The notes under the pieces were generated by a model. The model saw only the letters and a program-made list of their open reading frames with translations. It ran no database searches and had not been told where the DNA came from. Positions 19,922 to 28,370 of a stretch of 64,000 bases of DNA are shown here, piece by piece. The position numbers were made by a program, and so were the translations under genes. Within the stretch, counting starts at the first letter, position 1. Every line of letters starts with the position of its first letter. The DNA is from Elusimicrobiota bacterium (GTDB taxonomy: Bacteria; Elusimicrobiota; Elusimicrobia; UBA1565; UBA9628), in the NCBI GenBank assembly GCA_016191335.1, contig JACPOW010000010.1:34469-98468 (forward strand). Reading direction: 5' to 3'.

Positions 19922-21345
19922 TGCGGCTCCTGCTCGGTGTTGTACTGGCGCCGCGCGACCTTCGCCACCTCGGGCTTCAGGTAATCGAACGCGGCCTTCA
20001 TGTCCGCGCCTTTCTCCTTCAAGCCCTTGAGGAAGAAGTAGGTGAACAGGCCGTGGCCCTTCTCTTGATACGAGTTGCTGATCTGGTCGGCCGACGACGC
20101 GGCGATCACGGTGATCCCGGCCCCGGCCTCCGCGGTCTTCACAGAAACGAGGGGGCGCGCGCCTTTCGCCAGCACCGAGCGTCCGCCCGCGCCCGAGAAG
20201 CACGAGTCGAGCACGACGGTCACCTTCTTCGTCGGCAGCTTGCCGAGCGCGCTATACAGCTTCGCCAGCGGGTAGCCGGTCTCTTCCAGGTAGGTGGGAT
20301 CGCCGTCGTAGGGGACCAGGAAGGCGTCGCCGGTCGTCGCGTTGGGCGAGCCGTGGCCGGAGAAGTACACCAGGACCTCGTCGTCCTTCTCGACACGGTT
20401 GGGCAGCCACTTGTCGAAGTACTTGTCGAAGTCGCTTTTCGCGGCGGCATCATTGCTCAATACGACCACGTTCTCCTCGGGGTAGCCGAGGACCGCCGTG
20501 GCGTACTTGCCCATGAGGTTGGCGTCGCCCGCGGCGAAGTCCGCGATGGGGAGCTTGGTGCGATAGCGCTCGATGCCGATGATGACGGCATGTCCCTTTC
20601 TCTTACCGCGCGGCGAGGGCACCTGGTCCACATCCGACCAGCCGGCCACGGGGGGAGCGGGTTCCTCCACCACGGGGCGCGCCACGGGCGCCTGGGCGAT
20701 CGCGGCGGCGGGCCGGGCCTTGCCCAACTGCTCCCACGGGCGGTCCGCTTCCAGGACCTCGCCGAGCTTGCCGATGGCGTCGGTGAACGCGCCGCTCAGG
20801 GCCTGCTTGATGCCGTTGCCGGGGACGCCGCCGCCGCCGGCCGTGCCGATGCCGTGGCCGACGAGCTCGCCTTCCCACACGTCCACGTTGTTGGCGTCGC
20901 GCAAGGTCAGGGCGATGCGGATCTCGCCGTTCACGCGCACCATGAAGCCGGCGCCCCATTGGGCGTAGACCTTGGTGACCGTCGCTTTCAAAGTGGCTCC
21001 GGCGAGGTCCTTGCTCCGCGTCACGGGCCAGTTGACGCGTCCGAGCTCGGTGGCGAGGGCTTCGGTGACGGGTTCGGACCAGCGGACGCCGAGGGCGTAG
21101 CCGGTGGGGCCGCGGAATTCGCCGCCGCCGGATTCGTCGGAGACCTTGCCGAGCATGACGCGGGGGAGGCCGGCGGGGAGGCGGGCGCCGGGGGGGGTGG
21201 TGGGGAGGTAGGTGAAGGAGCCGGAGCCGGGGCGGGCGCCGGTCATGCTGGAGGACATGAGGCCGCCGCCGCCGGGTTGCTGGGCGGCGCAGGCGGGGAG
21301 GAGGAGGGGGGCGAGGGCGAGGATAGCGTAGGTGAGGAGTTTCAT
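19903..21345 (-). CDS. Lipoprotein with a caspase-like (peptidase C14) domain
   Basis: Lipobox LLLPAC; AVIIGIERY, YFSGHG (His), VLDSCFSG (Cys), HGLFTYF, QEP. Confidence 0.88.
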   Translation of the reverse strand: MKLLTYAILALAPLLLPACAAQQPGGGGLMSSSMTGARPGSGSFTYLPTTPPGARLPAGLPRVMLGKVSDESGGGEFRGPTGYALGVRWSEPVTEALATELGRVNWPVTRSKDLAGATLKATVTKVYAQWGAGFMVRVNGEIRIALTLRDANNVDVWEGELVGHGIGTAGGGGVPGNGIKQALSGAFTDAIGKLGEVLEADRPWEQLGKARPAAAIAQAPVARPVVEEPAPPVAGWSDVDQVPSPRGKRKGHAVIIGIERYRTKLPIADFAAGDANLMGKYATAVLGYPEENVVVLSNDAAAKSDFDKYFDKWLPNRVEKDDEVLVYFSGHGSPNATTGDAFLVPYDGDPTYLEETGYPLAKLYSALGKLPTKKVTVVLDSCFSGAGGRSVLAKGARPLVSVKTAEAGAGITVIAASSADQISNSYQEKGHGLFTYFFLKGLKEKGADMKAAFDYLKPEVAKVARRQYNTEQEPQWREGR

Positions 21346-21467
21346 CTGGAGGCCTCTCTAGGAGCGGCGGCTAAGGCAATACTACGATATCGACAGTCGG
21401 AGTGTCCCCATCACGCTCGCAACCCTTCGCGCGCGGGATCGCATGGCTGGCGCGCCCGCAGGCCACC

Positions 21468-22055
21468 TTAGTCGAGCCAGTCATGAAACGTCTCATCACC
21501 ATAAGACTGCGCGAAGTGGCTCAGCTCATAGATTTTCGCCAGCCTATAACTGTGCGCACACCACTTTACCGCCAACGCCGAAAGGTCATTCCCGCAACTC
21601 AAAGCCTCGGGCCGCTCAGGACCGCCGCCAAGCAACATCCCCGCGGTCATGCTCAAATCCTGGCACAAAGACATGCTTTCGAGCGAAAACGGATAACGCC
21701 GAAGGTTCTTCATATATGGCCTCGGCTCGCTCGTCGTTTTGGTGACAGCGTCGAAACACTTATATTTGATTTCCGTTTCCGCGAGCAAGCTCGTCACCTC
21801 CGCTGACGAGTAGAGCCCCCCATAACCGTTCTGCTTGACGCCTTTCTTGTGGACGAGAGCATCCAGGTCAGCGAGATTCTTTTTGAGAAAGAATCCTTCG
21901 TTAGCCACGACCGCGCCGATCAGGCTGGACGAACCTTTGTCGGAGATATAGTGCTTCACCAGCTTCGCATTCGTGGAAGGCTGCGATTCCGCCGTCGAGG
22001 AATTGAACGCGACCGAAAAAAGCAACATTACGCATACCACGGAAACTTTCTGCAT
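21468..22055 (-). CDS. Hypothetical exported protein (lower GC, several Cys)
   Basis: GGAGG RBS, signal peptide, 195-aa ORF with non-shadow amino-acid composition. Confidence 0.6.
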   Translation of the reverse strand: MQKVSVVCVMLLFSVAFNSSTAESQPSTNAKLVKHYISDKGSSSLIGAVVANEGFFLKKNLADLDALVHKKGVKQNGYGGLYSSAEVTSLLAETEIKYKCFDAVTKTTSEPRPYMKNLRRYPFSLESMSLCQDLSMTAGMLLGGGPERPEALSCGNDLSALAVKWCAHSYRLAKIYELSHFAQSYGDETFHDWLD

Positions 22056-22157
22056 GACGCCTCCGATGAATCGACGATTCAGACGAACGGATCACGACGG
22101 CCGCATGTTTTTCGTGCTGACTGGCATTCGGCTGACCAGTCCAACATCAGCCTATCA

Positions 22158-23174
22158 CTATTCCGGAAAAGCCAGGACCAGCTTGCCGACGGTGTCGCCG
22201 GCCTCGAGCTCCCGGTGCGCGTCCGCGACGCGCTCGATAGGGAACTCCTTCACCGGCGCCTTCTTGAGCAGCCCCTTGTTCAGCCACCCCGCAATCGCAT
22301 CGAACCCATCGCGAGCCAGCTCCGCCTTATCCGTGAGGAACACCACATTGAACCCCATCACCGCACGGTTCGTCGCCGTCATCTCCAGGGGGGAGAACCG
22401 CGGGATCCGCAGCCAGTTCCAAGCGAGCGACAGCGAAGACGGCCGTTTGCCCCGCGGGAACATCTCCGCGAACCCGTAGATCACCAACCGCCCGCCCAGC
22501 CTGAGCCTCTTGAACCCCGGCCGCGGCGTCGTCACGCCGTTCGCGTCGAAGATGGCGTCGAACCCCTCGGGAGCCGCCTTGTCGATGTCCTTCCAGAGCG
22601 AAGGCCCGCGCACGACGACCGCATCAGCCCCATACGCGCGAGCGACCGCCGCCTTGGAAGCGGACCCCACGACCGCGATCGTCCTGCACCCCGCCAGCTT
22701 CGCCTGCTGAAGGAGCGCGGTGCCCACCCCGCCCGCGGCGGAGTGCACCAGCAAGGTCTCACCAGAAGCGACCTTGGCCACCTGATGAAGCGCGTGGTAC
22801 GCCGTGAAATGGACCGCGGGAACCCCCGCGCAATCGGCAAACGACCAATCCGGAGGCATCAACCGCAGACGCCCGGACATCACCACCTGAACCGAGGCGT
22901 AGCCCCCGAAGCGCGTGAACCCGAACACGCGATCCCCCGGCTTGAAGCCCCCGGCATGGTTGTCCACGACCCCCGCGAACTCAAACCCCGGAGTCAGAGG
23001 ATACTTGCCACGAGCCGCCTCATACCACCCCTCACGAACGATCGTATCGGCGTAGTTGATCCCCGCGGCGCGCACCCTTACCCGCACCTGCCCAGGGAGA
23101 GGAACCGGATCCGCTTCCTCGACGAGAGTCAGCGCCTCATGCCCGCCCGGACGCTTCACCACCACTCTCTTCAT
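22158..23174 (-). CDS. MDR-family NAD(P)H:quinone oxidoreductase (VAT-1-like)
   Basis: AAGINYAD, TPGFEFAG, TAYHAL, LVHSAAGGVG, AHRELE...GKLVL. Confidence 0.92.
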   Translation of the reverse strand: MKRVVVKRPGGHEALTLVEEADPVPLPGQVRVRVRAAGINYADTIVREGWYEAARGKYPLTPGFEFAGVVDNHAGGFKPGDRVFGFTRFGGYASVQVVMSGRLRLMPPDWSFADCAGVPAVHFTAYHALHQVAKVASGETLLVHSAAGGVGTALLQQAKLAGCRTIAVVGSASKAAVARAYGADAVVVRGPSLWKDIDKAAPEGFDAIFDANGVTTPRPGFKRLRLGGRLVIYGFAEMFPRGKRPSSLSLAWNWLRIPRFSPLEMTATNRAVMGFNVVFLTDKAELARDGFDAIAGWLNKGLLKKAPVKEFPIERVADAHRELEAGDTVGKLVLAFPE

Positions 23175-23203
23175 GTCCCGGCATTAAAATATATAATCCC
23201 AAC

Positions 23204-23830
23204 ATGGGACAACAGGCAGGAATCAAGGAAATCCTCATCGCCGGCGGGCCGGTTCTTATATTCATGATCCTCCTGTCGATCTACTGCGTCGCCCTGATAT
23301 GGGAACGCTATAAGTTCTTCAAGAGAACCACCGGCGGAGCCGTCGAGTTCCTCGCCAAGATACGCGCCGCCGCCGAGAACGGCAAGCTCCCCGACGCCGC
23401 GGCCTTAGCCAAGAGCCACAAAGGCCTCGCGTCGGCGGTCGTCATGGCCACCTTGAGCGGACCCACGAACCGGGACGAGCGCAAACGCGCCGCGGAGCGG
23501 GCCTCCCAGCGCGCCGTCGCCGAGCTCGAGAAAGGAATTTCCACCTTGGGCACCATCGCCTCCGTCGCTCCCTTCATAGGCCTCTTCGGAACCGTGCTCG
23601 GCGTCATGCGCGCGTTCAAGGACCTGGCCAGCGCGGCGGGCGCCGGCCCCGGCCTGGTCGCCGTCGGTATTTCCGAGGCGCTGATCTGCACCGCCGCGGG
23701 TCTGCTCGTCGCCATCCCCGCCGTCGCCGCCTTCAACCACTTCAACCAGAAGATCTCCCAGTTCGAGAGCGAGCTGAGGTGGATGATCGACGAAGTGCTC
23801 GACGGCCTCGCCGAGAGGGCGCACCGCTAG
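23204..23830 (+). CDS. exbB: MotA/TolQ/ExbB proton channel protein
   Basis: LGTIASVAPFIGLFGTVLGVMRAF...GISEALICTAAGLLVAIPA. Confidence 0.92.
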   Translation: MGQQAGIKEILIAGGPVLIFMILLSIYCVALIWERYKFFKRTTGGAVEFLAKIRAAAENGKLPDAAALAKSHKGLASAVVMATLSGPTNRDERKRAAERASQRAVAELEKGISTLGTIASVAPFIGLFGTVLGVMRAFKDLASAAGAGPGLVAVGISEALICTAAGLLVAIPAVAAFNHFNQKISQFESELRWMIDEVLDGLAERAHR

Positions 23831-23831
23831 G

Positions 23832-24251
23832 ATGCACGTCGAATCGAGCGGCCCCAAGCGCCGCCGCGTGTTCGCGGAAATGAACTTAGTGCCGTTGATC
23901 GATGTCTCACTGATCCTAGTGATCATCTTCATGGTTCTGACCCCCATCCTCGTCAATCACCAATTGACGGTGAAGCTGCCCAAGGCTTCCTCCGGGGCGC
24001 CCGCCGCCCAAGACTCGGCTATCACCATCCAGATCTCCAAGAACGGCGCCGTCACGATCGAAGGTGTGGCCGTGAAGTGGGAGAAGGTCGAGCGCGAGAT
24101 GACCTTGCGCTTGTCCAAAGCGTCGGGCAAGACCGTGCTCGTCCAGGCCGACCGCCTGACGCCCGTGGAGAAGGTCGTGATGGTGCTCGACTTCGCGAAG
24201 AAGCTCGGCGTGAGCAAGCTCGGCATCGGAGTCACCCCGGACGCGTCATGA
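23832..24251 (+). CDS. exbD: ExbD/TolR family protein
   Basis: EMNLVPLIDVSLILVIIFMV, VKLPKA, VLVQAD. Confidence 0.92.
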   Translation: MHVESSGPKRRRVFAEMNLVPLIDVSLILVIIFMVLTPILVNHQLTVKLPKASSGAPAAQDSAITIQISKNGAVTIEGVAVKWEKVEREMTLRLSKASGKTVLVQADRLTPVEKVVMVLDFAKKLGVSKLGIGVTPDAS

Positions 24252-24952
24252 CCGGCGCGCTGAAGCCGTATCTCGCGCGGTCGACGGGCCTGCATGTGGC
24301 GTTCATGGTCGCGGCGGCGTTCTACGCGCCGAGCGCCCTGAAGAAGGCCGACAAGGTGTACATGATCGATTTCGTCGGCGGCCCCACGGCTCTCCAGTCC
24401 GCCGGCCCGACGGCCGCGGCCAAGACCGAGCCCGAGGCCGCGCCCGCGCGCCCCACTCAACAGGCGGAAGATCCGGATTCGTTCGCCACGAAGAAGCACC
24501 GCGCCATCGCGTTGCCGCGCCCGAGTCTTTTGTCCGGCTGGACCGACCGGAAGGCGCCGCCGAAGCCGTCGTTGTCGGGGGGGACGGAGCCGGCGATGAG
24601 CCAGGGAGCGGGGGCCGCGTCGGGGATGCCCGGCGACGCCGCGGGCATCTCGACCGACCTGCCCAATTTTCCCTATCCCTGGTACATCACCCAGGTGCGC
24701 CAGATGCTGTGGGTGTCGTGGAAGAAAAGGATGCCCGCCGCGTCGGGCGAGGGGACCGTGGTGTTCGCCATCGTGCGCAACGGGGCGTTCGTGGACCTGA
24801 GGATGGAGTCGAGCTCGGGAGACGCGGCGTTCGACGAGGCGGCGATGGAGGCGGTGCAGGCGGCGTCGCCGTTCCCGGCGCTGCCGAGCGATTTCGCGGA
24901 GCCGTTCTTGAAGATCCACCTGACCTTGAAGTCGGAGGCGTCATGGCGCTGA
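24248..24952 (+). CDS. TonB/TolA-like energy transducer
   Basis: ATG 24248 overlaps the exbD stop; TM with SxxxH; Pro/Ala-rich linker; C-terminal SSGDAAFDEAAMEAV...PFPALP. Confidence 0.85.
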   Translation: MTGALKPYLARSTGLHVAFMVAAAFYAPSALKKADKVYMIDFVGGPTALQSAGPTAAAKTEPEAAPARPTQQAEDPDSFATKKHRAIALPRPSLLSGWTDRKAPPKPSLSGGTEPAMSQGAGAASGMPGDAAGISTDLPNFPYPWYITQVRQMLWVSWKKRMPAASGEGTVVFAIVRNGAFVDLRMESSSGDAAFDEAAMEAVQAASPFPALPSDFAEPFLKIHLTLKSEASWR

Positions 24953-25326
24953 TCCGGGCTCTGATATTCGGCTTTCTGGCGTACGGGCTCCTCGTCGTGG
25001 GATACCCGGATTGGAAGGGGGAGATCTACCACATCGTGATGATCTCCGCGATCGCGGGCGGGGCGGTGGCGGTGTGGTTCCTGGACAAGATTTTGGACCT
25101 GGGCACCGGGACGGCGAAGGTCCTGCTTGAGCTGTCCTTCCCGATCGGGATCCTGCTGTTCGCCGGCTACACCATGCCGCAGAAGTCGGGCAAGCCCCCG
25201 CTGACGCAGTTCGCGCAGGGCGTGCGGCCCAACCGCGACACCGCGCGCAGGGGCTTCGACCGCCTGGGGGTCAACCCCAACGGCCCCGTGGCCTCGCGCG
25301 TCATCGGCCTGTTCCCGGCGCGCTGA
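24943..25326 (+). CDS. Hypothetical membrane protein
   Basis: GGAGG then ATG 24943; three hydrophobic segments. Confidence 0.7.
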   Translation: MALIRALIFGFLAYGLLVVGYPDWKGEIYHIVMISAIAGGAVAVWFLDKILDLGTGTAKVLLELSFPIGILLFAGYTMPQKSGKPPLTQFAQGVRPNRDTARRGFDRLGVNPNGPVASRVIGLFPAR

Positions 25327-25328
25327 GC

Positions 25329-25550
25329 TTAGCGCCGGCCCTTGTGCTTGCGCGCCGAGGGGCGCGGAGGCTTGGAGTCCCGGAGCGTGATGACGATGTT
25401 CCCGCTCGTGCGCCGGCGCAGCTCGTGCCACGCGTCGAACTGGTGGCGGGTCAGGCGGCCCTCGCGGATGGCCGCGACGATCTCCCGCCCGTCCACGGCG
25501 GCCTGACGCCGTCTGAGCTCCGGCTCGGTCACGGTCTTTCGGATCAACAT
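25329..25550 (-). CDS. Small hypothetical basic protein
   Basis: AAGGGAGG RBS directly after the kinase stop; 73 aa. Confidence 0.55.
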   Translation of the reverse strand: MLIRKTVTEPELRRRQAAVDGREIVAAIREGRLTRHQFDAWHELRRRTSGNIVITLRDSKPPRPSARKHKGRR

Positions 25551-25560
25551 AAGCCCTCCC

Positions 25561-26862
25561 TTATGATCGTCCCGCTGTCTTGAGGTCCACCCAGAACCGG
25601 CTGCCCCGCCCGGGCGAGGAGTCCACGCCGCAGGACCCGCCCATGCGCTCCGCCGCGCGGCGCACGATGGCCAGGCCGATGCCGGTGCCGGGATACTCGT
25701 CCTCCGTGTGCAGGCGCTGGAACACCTCGAAGATCCGGCTCTGGTAGACCGGGGCCACGCCGATGCCGTCGTCCTCCACGATGAAGCGCACCCAGCCCTC
25801 GCGCGGCTCGGCGCGCACGCGGACCCAGGGCGGCACGCCCGCGGGCGTGAACTTCAGGGCGTTGGAGACGAGGTTGGAGAAGATCAAGGACAGCGGCCCG
25901 GGGTCGCCCATCACGACGGGCAGGGACGGCGCCACGTCGACGTGGGCCTTCGTCGCGCGGATGAGCGGGCCGAGCTCGGCGACCACCTGGGCGAGGACCG
26001 GCGAGGGGGCGACCGGGACCGGCGTTATCTCGTCGAGGGTCAGGCGGCTGAACTGGAGGAGGTCGGCGATGAGGTGGTCCATGCGCAGGGCGGCGGCCAT
26101 GATGCGGCCGGCGAAGCGCTTCGACTCGGGGTCGACGCGCTCCACGACGAACTCCGTGTAGCCGTGGATGTGGCGCAGGGGCGCGCGCAGGTCGTGGGCG
26201 ATCGAGTAGGCGAAGGAGTGGAGGTCCTTGACCGTCTGCTCGAGGCGGCAGGTGCGCTCGGCGACGAGGCGCTCCAGGTTCTCGCTGATGGCGCGCGCCT
26301 CCCTCTCGGAGTGCTCGGCGTGGCGGCGCAGGAGGCGCTCCCGGCGGCGGCCGTAGAAGCGGTCGAGGGCGACGGCGACCTGGTTGGCGGCGGTCTCGAG
26401 GAAGGCCCGGTCCTCGCCGTCGAAGGCGGCGGCGGCCTCGAGTTGGAGCACGCCGAAGGCCTGCTGGCCGCGAAGGGAGAGGGGGATGACGAAGGGCTCG
26501 ACGGGGGCTCCCGCCGCGACCGCCGGGCCGGGAAGGGGAGCGCGGTGACGCTCGAGGCCCGCCGTGGGCAGGCCGGTGACGCGCTCGAAGGCGGAGACGG
26601 CGCCGCGCTCGAGGGCGGCGAGGCGCTCGGGAAGGTCCGCCGCGGAGCGCCAGGCGAACAGGCGCGTGCGCGAGTCGCGGCTCTCGACCAGGACGGCGCT
26701 GCGCAGGGGGACGACCTCGGCGATGACGGCCAGCACGGCGGAGACCGTCGTCTCCACGCCCGTGATCGGGGACAGCAGCACCCACCCGATCTCGTACAGC
26801 GATTCGAGCCGCCGCGAGGCGGGCGGGAAGGTGCGCAGCGGAGGCTTGGCGTGCAGGGTCAC
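25561..26862 (-). CDS. Cytoplasmic GAF-domain sensor histidine kinase
   Basis: FAYSIAHDLRAPLR (H box), NLVSNALKF, EDDGIG, FEVFQRLH, GTGIGLAI. GTG 26862 lies 6 nt after TACAAT. Confidence 0.9.
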   Translation of the reverse strand: MTLHAKPPLRTFPPASRRLESLYEIGWVLLSPITGVETTVSAVLAVIAEVVPLRSAVLVESRDSRTRLFAWRSAADLPERLAALERGAVSAFERVTGLPTAGLERHRAPLPGPAVAAGAPVEPFVIPLSLRGQQAFGVLQLEAAAAFDGEDRAFLETAANQVAVALDRFYGRRRERLLRRHAEHSEREARAISENLERLVAERTCRLEQTVKDLHSFAYSIAHDLRAPLRHIHGYTEFVVERVDPESKRFAGRIMAAALRMDHLIADLLQFSRLTLDEITPVPVAPSPVLAQVVAELGPLIRATKAHVDVAPSLPVVMGDPGPLSLIFSNLVSNALKFTPAGVPPWVRVRAEPREGWVRFIVEDDGIGVAPVYQSRIFEVFQRLHTEDEYPGTGIGLAIVRRAAERMGGSCGVDSSPGRGSRFWVDLKTAGRS

Positions 26863-26962
26863 GGAAGGATTGTAGGATGGCCCGCGCCGGGATGGTGCTG
26901 TGGAGGTGTAAACATAAAGCGACGGTTGGCCGCATGTGCTAGAATCTTGCGTCGGGAACCCC

Positions 26963-27006
26963 TTTCTGGAGAGGTGGGTGAGCGGCTGAAACCGACGGTT
27001 TGCTAA
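26963..27006 (+). repeat. att site: 44-bp direct repeat (5 nt leader plus the 5' half of tRNA-Ser through the anticodon loop)
   Basis: TTTCTGGAGAGGTGGGTGAGCGGCTGAAACCGACGGTTTGCTAA is identical to 30651-30694. Confidence 0.95.
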
Positions 27007-27148
27007 TCCTAACACGCCTTTTTCGTCCCTCCGCAGTTCCGCTGCGTCCTACCGAGTGGAAATCAGTTTCTCGACGAGAAATCCCCCGATTTCTTAGCCG
27101 CCACCTTTTGCGAAGCGTTGCCGGGCTTTACCCGGTTTTGCCGAAAAG

Positions 27149-27167
27149 TGGTCACTTTTCTGGTCAC
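27149..27167 (+). repeat. Paired TGGTCAC repeats, putative integrase arm-type sites (left)
   Basis: TGGTCAC at 27149 and 27161, 12-bp period. Confidence 0.65.
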
Positions 27168-27193
27168 TTCTTTGAACTCCGAATCGCTCGACC

Positions 27194-27225
27194 TTGACAG
27201 TCGGCGTTATTACTATTATAATAAC
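27194..27225 (+). promoter_or_regulatory. Consensus sigma70 promoter with a palindromic operator for the TA operon
   Basis: TTGACA (27194)-17 nt-TATAAT (27217); GTTATTA-n6-TAATAAC (27206-27225) overlaps the -10. Confidence 0.85.
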
Positions 27226-27245
27226 ACAGTACTAACGGAGGTCGT

Positions 27246-27473
27246 ATGTTCAAATTCCTTACCAAGGTTGGGAACAGCGAGGCGGTCGTCATCGACAAGG
27301 CCATTCTTTCGCTTCTCAAGATCACGAAGAACACCCCTTTGGAGATCACTACCGATGGGAAGAATCTCGTCATCTCGCCGGTCTCCGATCCCAAGAAAGC
27401 CCAAGAAGTGAAGAAGGCCTTCCAGTCCGTCAAGAAACGGTTTGGGCGCGCGTTAAAGAATCTGGCGAGTTAA
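27246..27473 (+). CDS. AbrB/MazE/SpoVT-family antitoxin
   Basis: LTKVGNSEAVVIDK...LEITTDGKNLVISP; GGAGG RBS; abuts the Doc gene. Confidence 0.9.
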   Translation: MFKFLTKVGNSEAVVIDKAILSLLKITKNTPLEITTDGKNLVISPVSDPKKAQEVKKAFQSVKKRFGRALKNLAS

Positions 27474-27872
27474 GTGTCGCCGAGATTTTTGACGCTCTCC
27501 GAAATCCTCGGATTCCACGAAGAACTGATTCGTGATTTTGGGGGAAGTCCCGGCATCCGGGACCTGGGCCTGGCGGAATCAGCTGTCGCCATGCCTCAGG
27601 CCGGGGCAGGGGGCGAATTCTTTCATGTGTTCCCTTTTGAGATGGCGGCAGCCTACGCCTACCACATCGCCCAGAATCATCCGTTCGTGGATGGGAACAA
27701 ACGGACGGCGTTCGCGTCCGCCCTAACGTTTCTGGAGCTCAACGGATATCTAGTCATGGGAGGAGAGGACGCCCTGGAGGCTGCGACACGAAAAATCGCC
27801 TCCGGGAAACTCGACAAGAAGGGGTTCGCCGTACTCCTCGAAAAAACCTACAACGATCACAAGGGGACCTGA
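27474..27872 (+). CDS. doc: Doc (death-on-curing) family toxin
   Basis: FGGSPGIRDLGLAESAVAMP; HPFVDGNKRTAF. Confidence 0.92.
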   Translation: MSPRFLTLSEILGFHEELIRDFGGSPGIRDLGLAESAVAMPQAGAGGEFFHVFPFEMAAAYAYHIAQNHPFVDGNKRTAFASALTFLELNGYLVMGGEDALEAATRKIASGKLDKKGFAVLLEKTYNDHKGT

Positions 27873-27881
27873 AATTTTAAT

Positions 27882-28193
27882 GTGCCTGATAACCCCAAAG
27901 CAACAGACGGGGCCGACCAATCCCCGCCCGAACGCCTCTCCAAAAAAGAGTTCGCGAAGAAGATGCGTCGCGAAGCTTATTTGCGGATCAAGGAATTCCG
28001 CACGACTGATCCCCGTCAGATTGCCAGGATAGAAAATCCAAAGCAGAAAGACGCGATGCCTATCAGAAGTCCAAAGAGCGATGGGAGGCCGCACAGGCTG
28101 AACGCAAACGCACGCCGTAAACTTATCGAGGGAATACAGTGCGACAGGCTTTTCGGCATCGACTGGAATCTGCGTGTAGCGGCAAAGTGGTGA
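27882..28193 (+). pseudogene. Small hypothetical gene, probably frameshifted
   Basis: KKMRREAYLRIKE is echoed by RRDAYQKSKE in another frame after about 28048, which ends at TAA 28118-28120. Confidence 0.4.
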
Positions 28194-28370
28194 CCGTTTG
28201 GCGAGAGGTAGTCGAGCTTCATCCAGTTGCTGAACGCGGGACTTGAATCTTAGAATCCAGCTCGCCAACGGGGCATCTGCAATAGCTACAACGGGTTAAT
28301 TGCAATGATTCTGGCGGGCTGTTTGCACCGCCAGACTCTGCACGTCACATCTGCATGTCTTCACGCCTCC

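Noticed and set aside
26968..27006. Second tRNA-Ser gene
   Set aside because: Only the 5' half is present, with no variable arm, T arm or acceptor 3' strand; treated as an att site.
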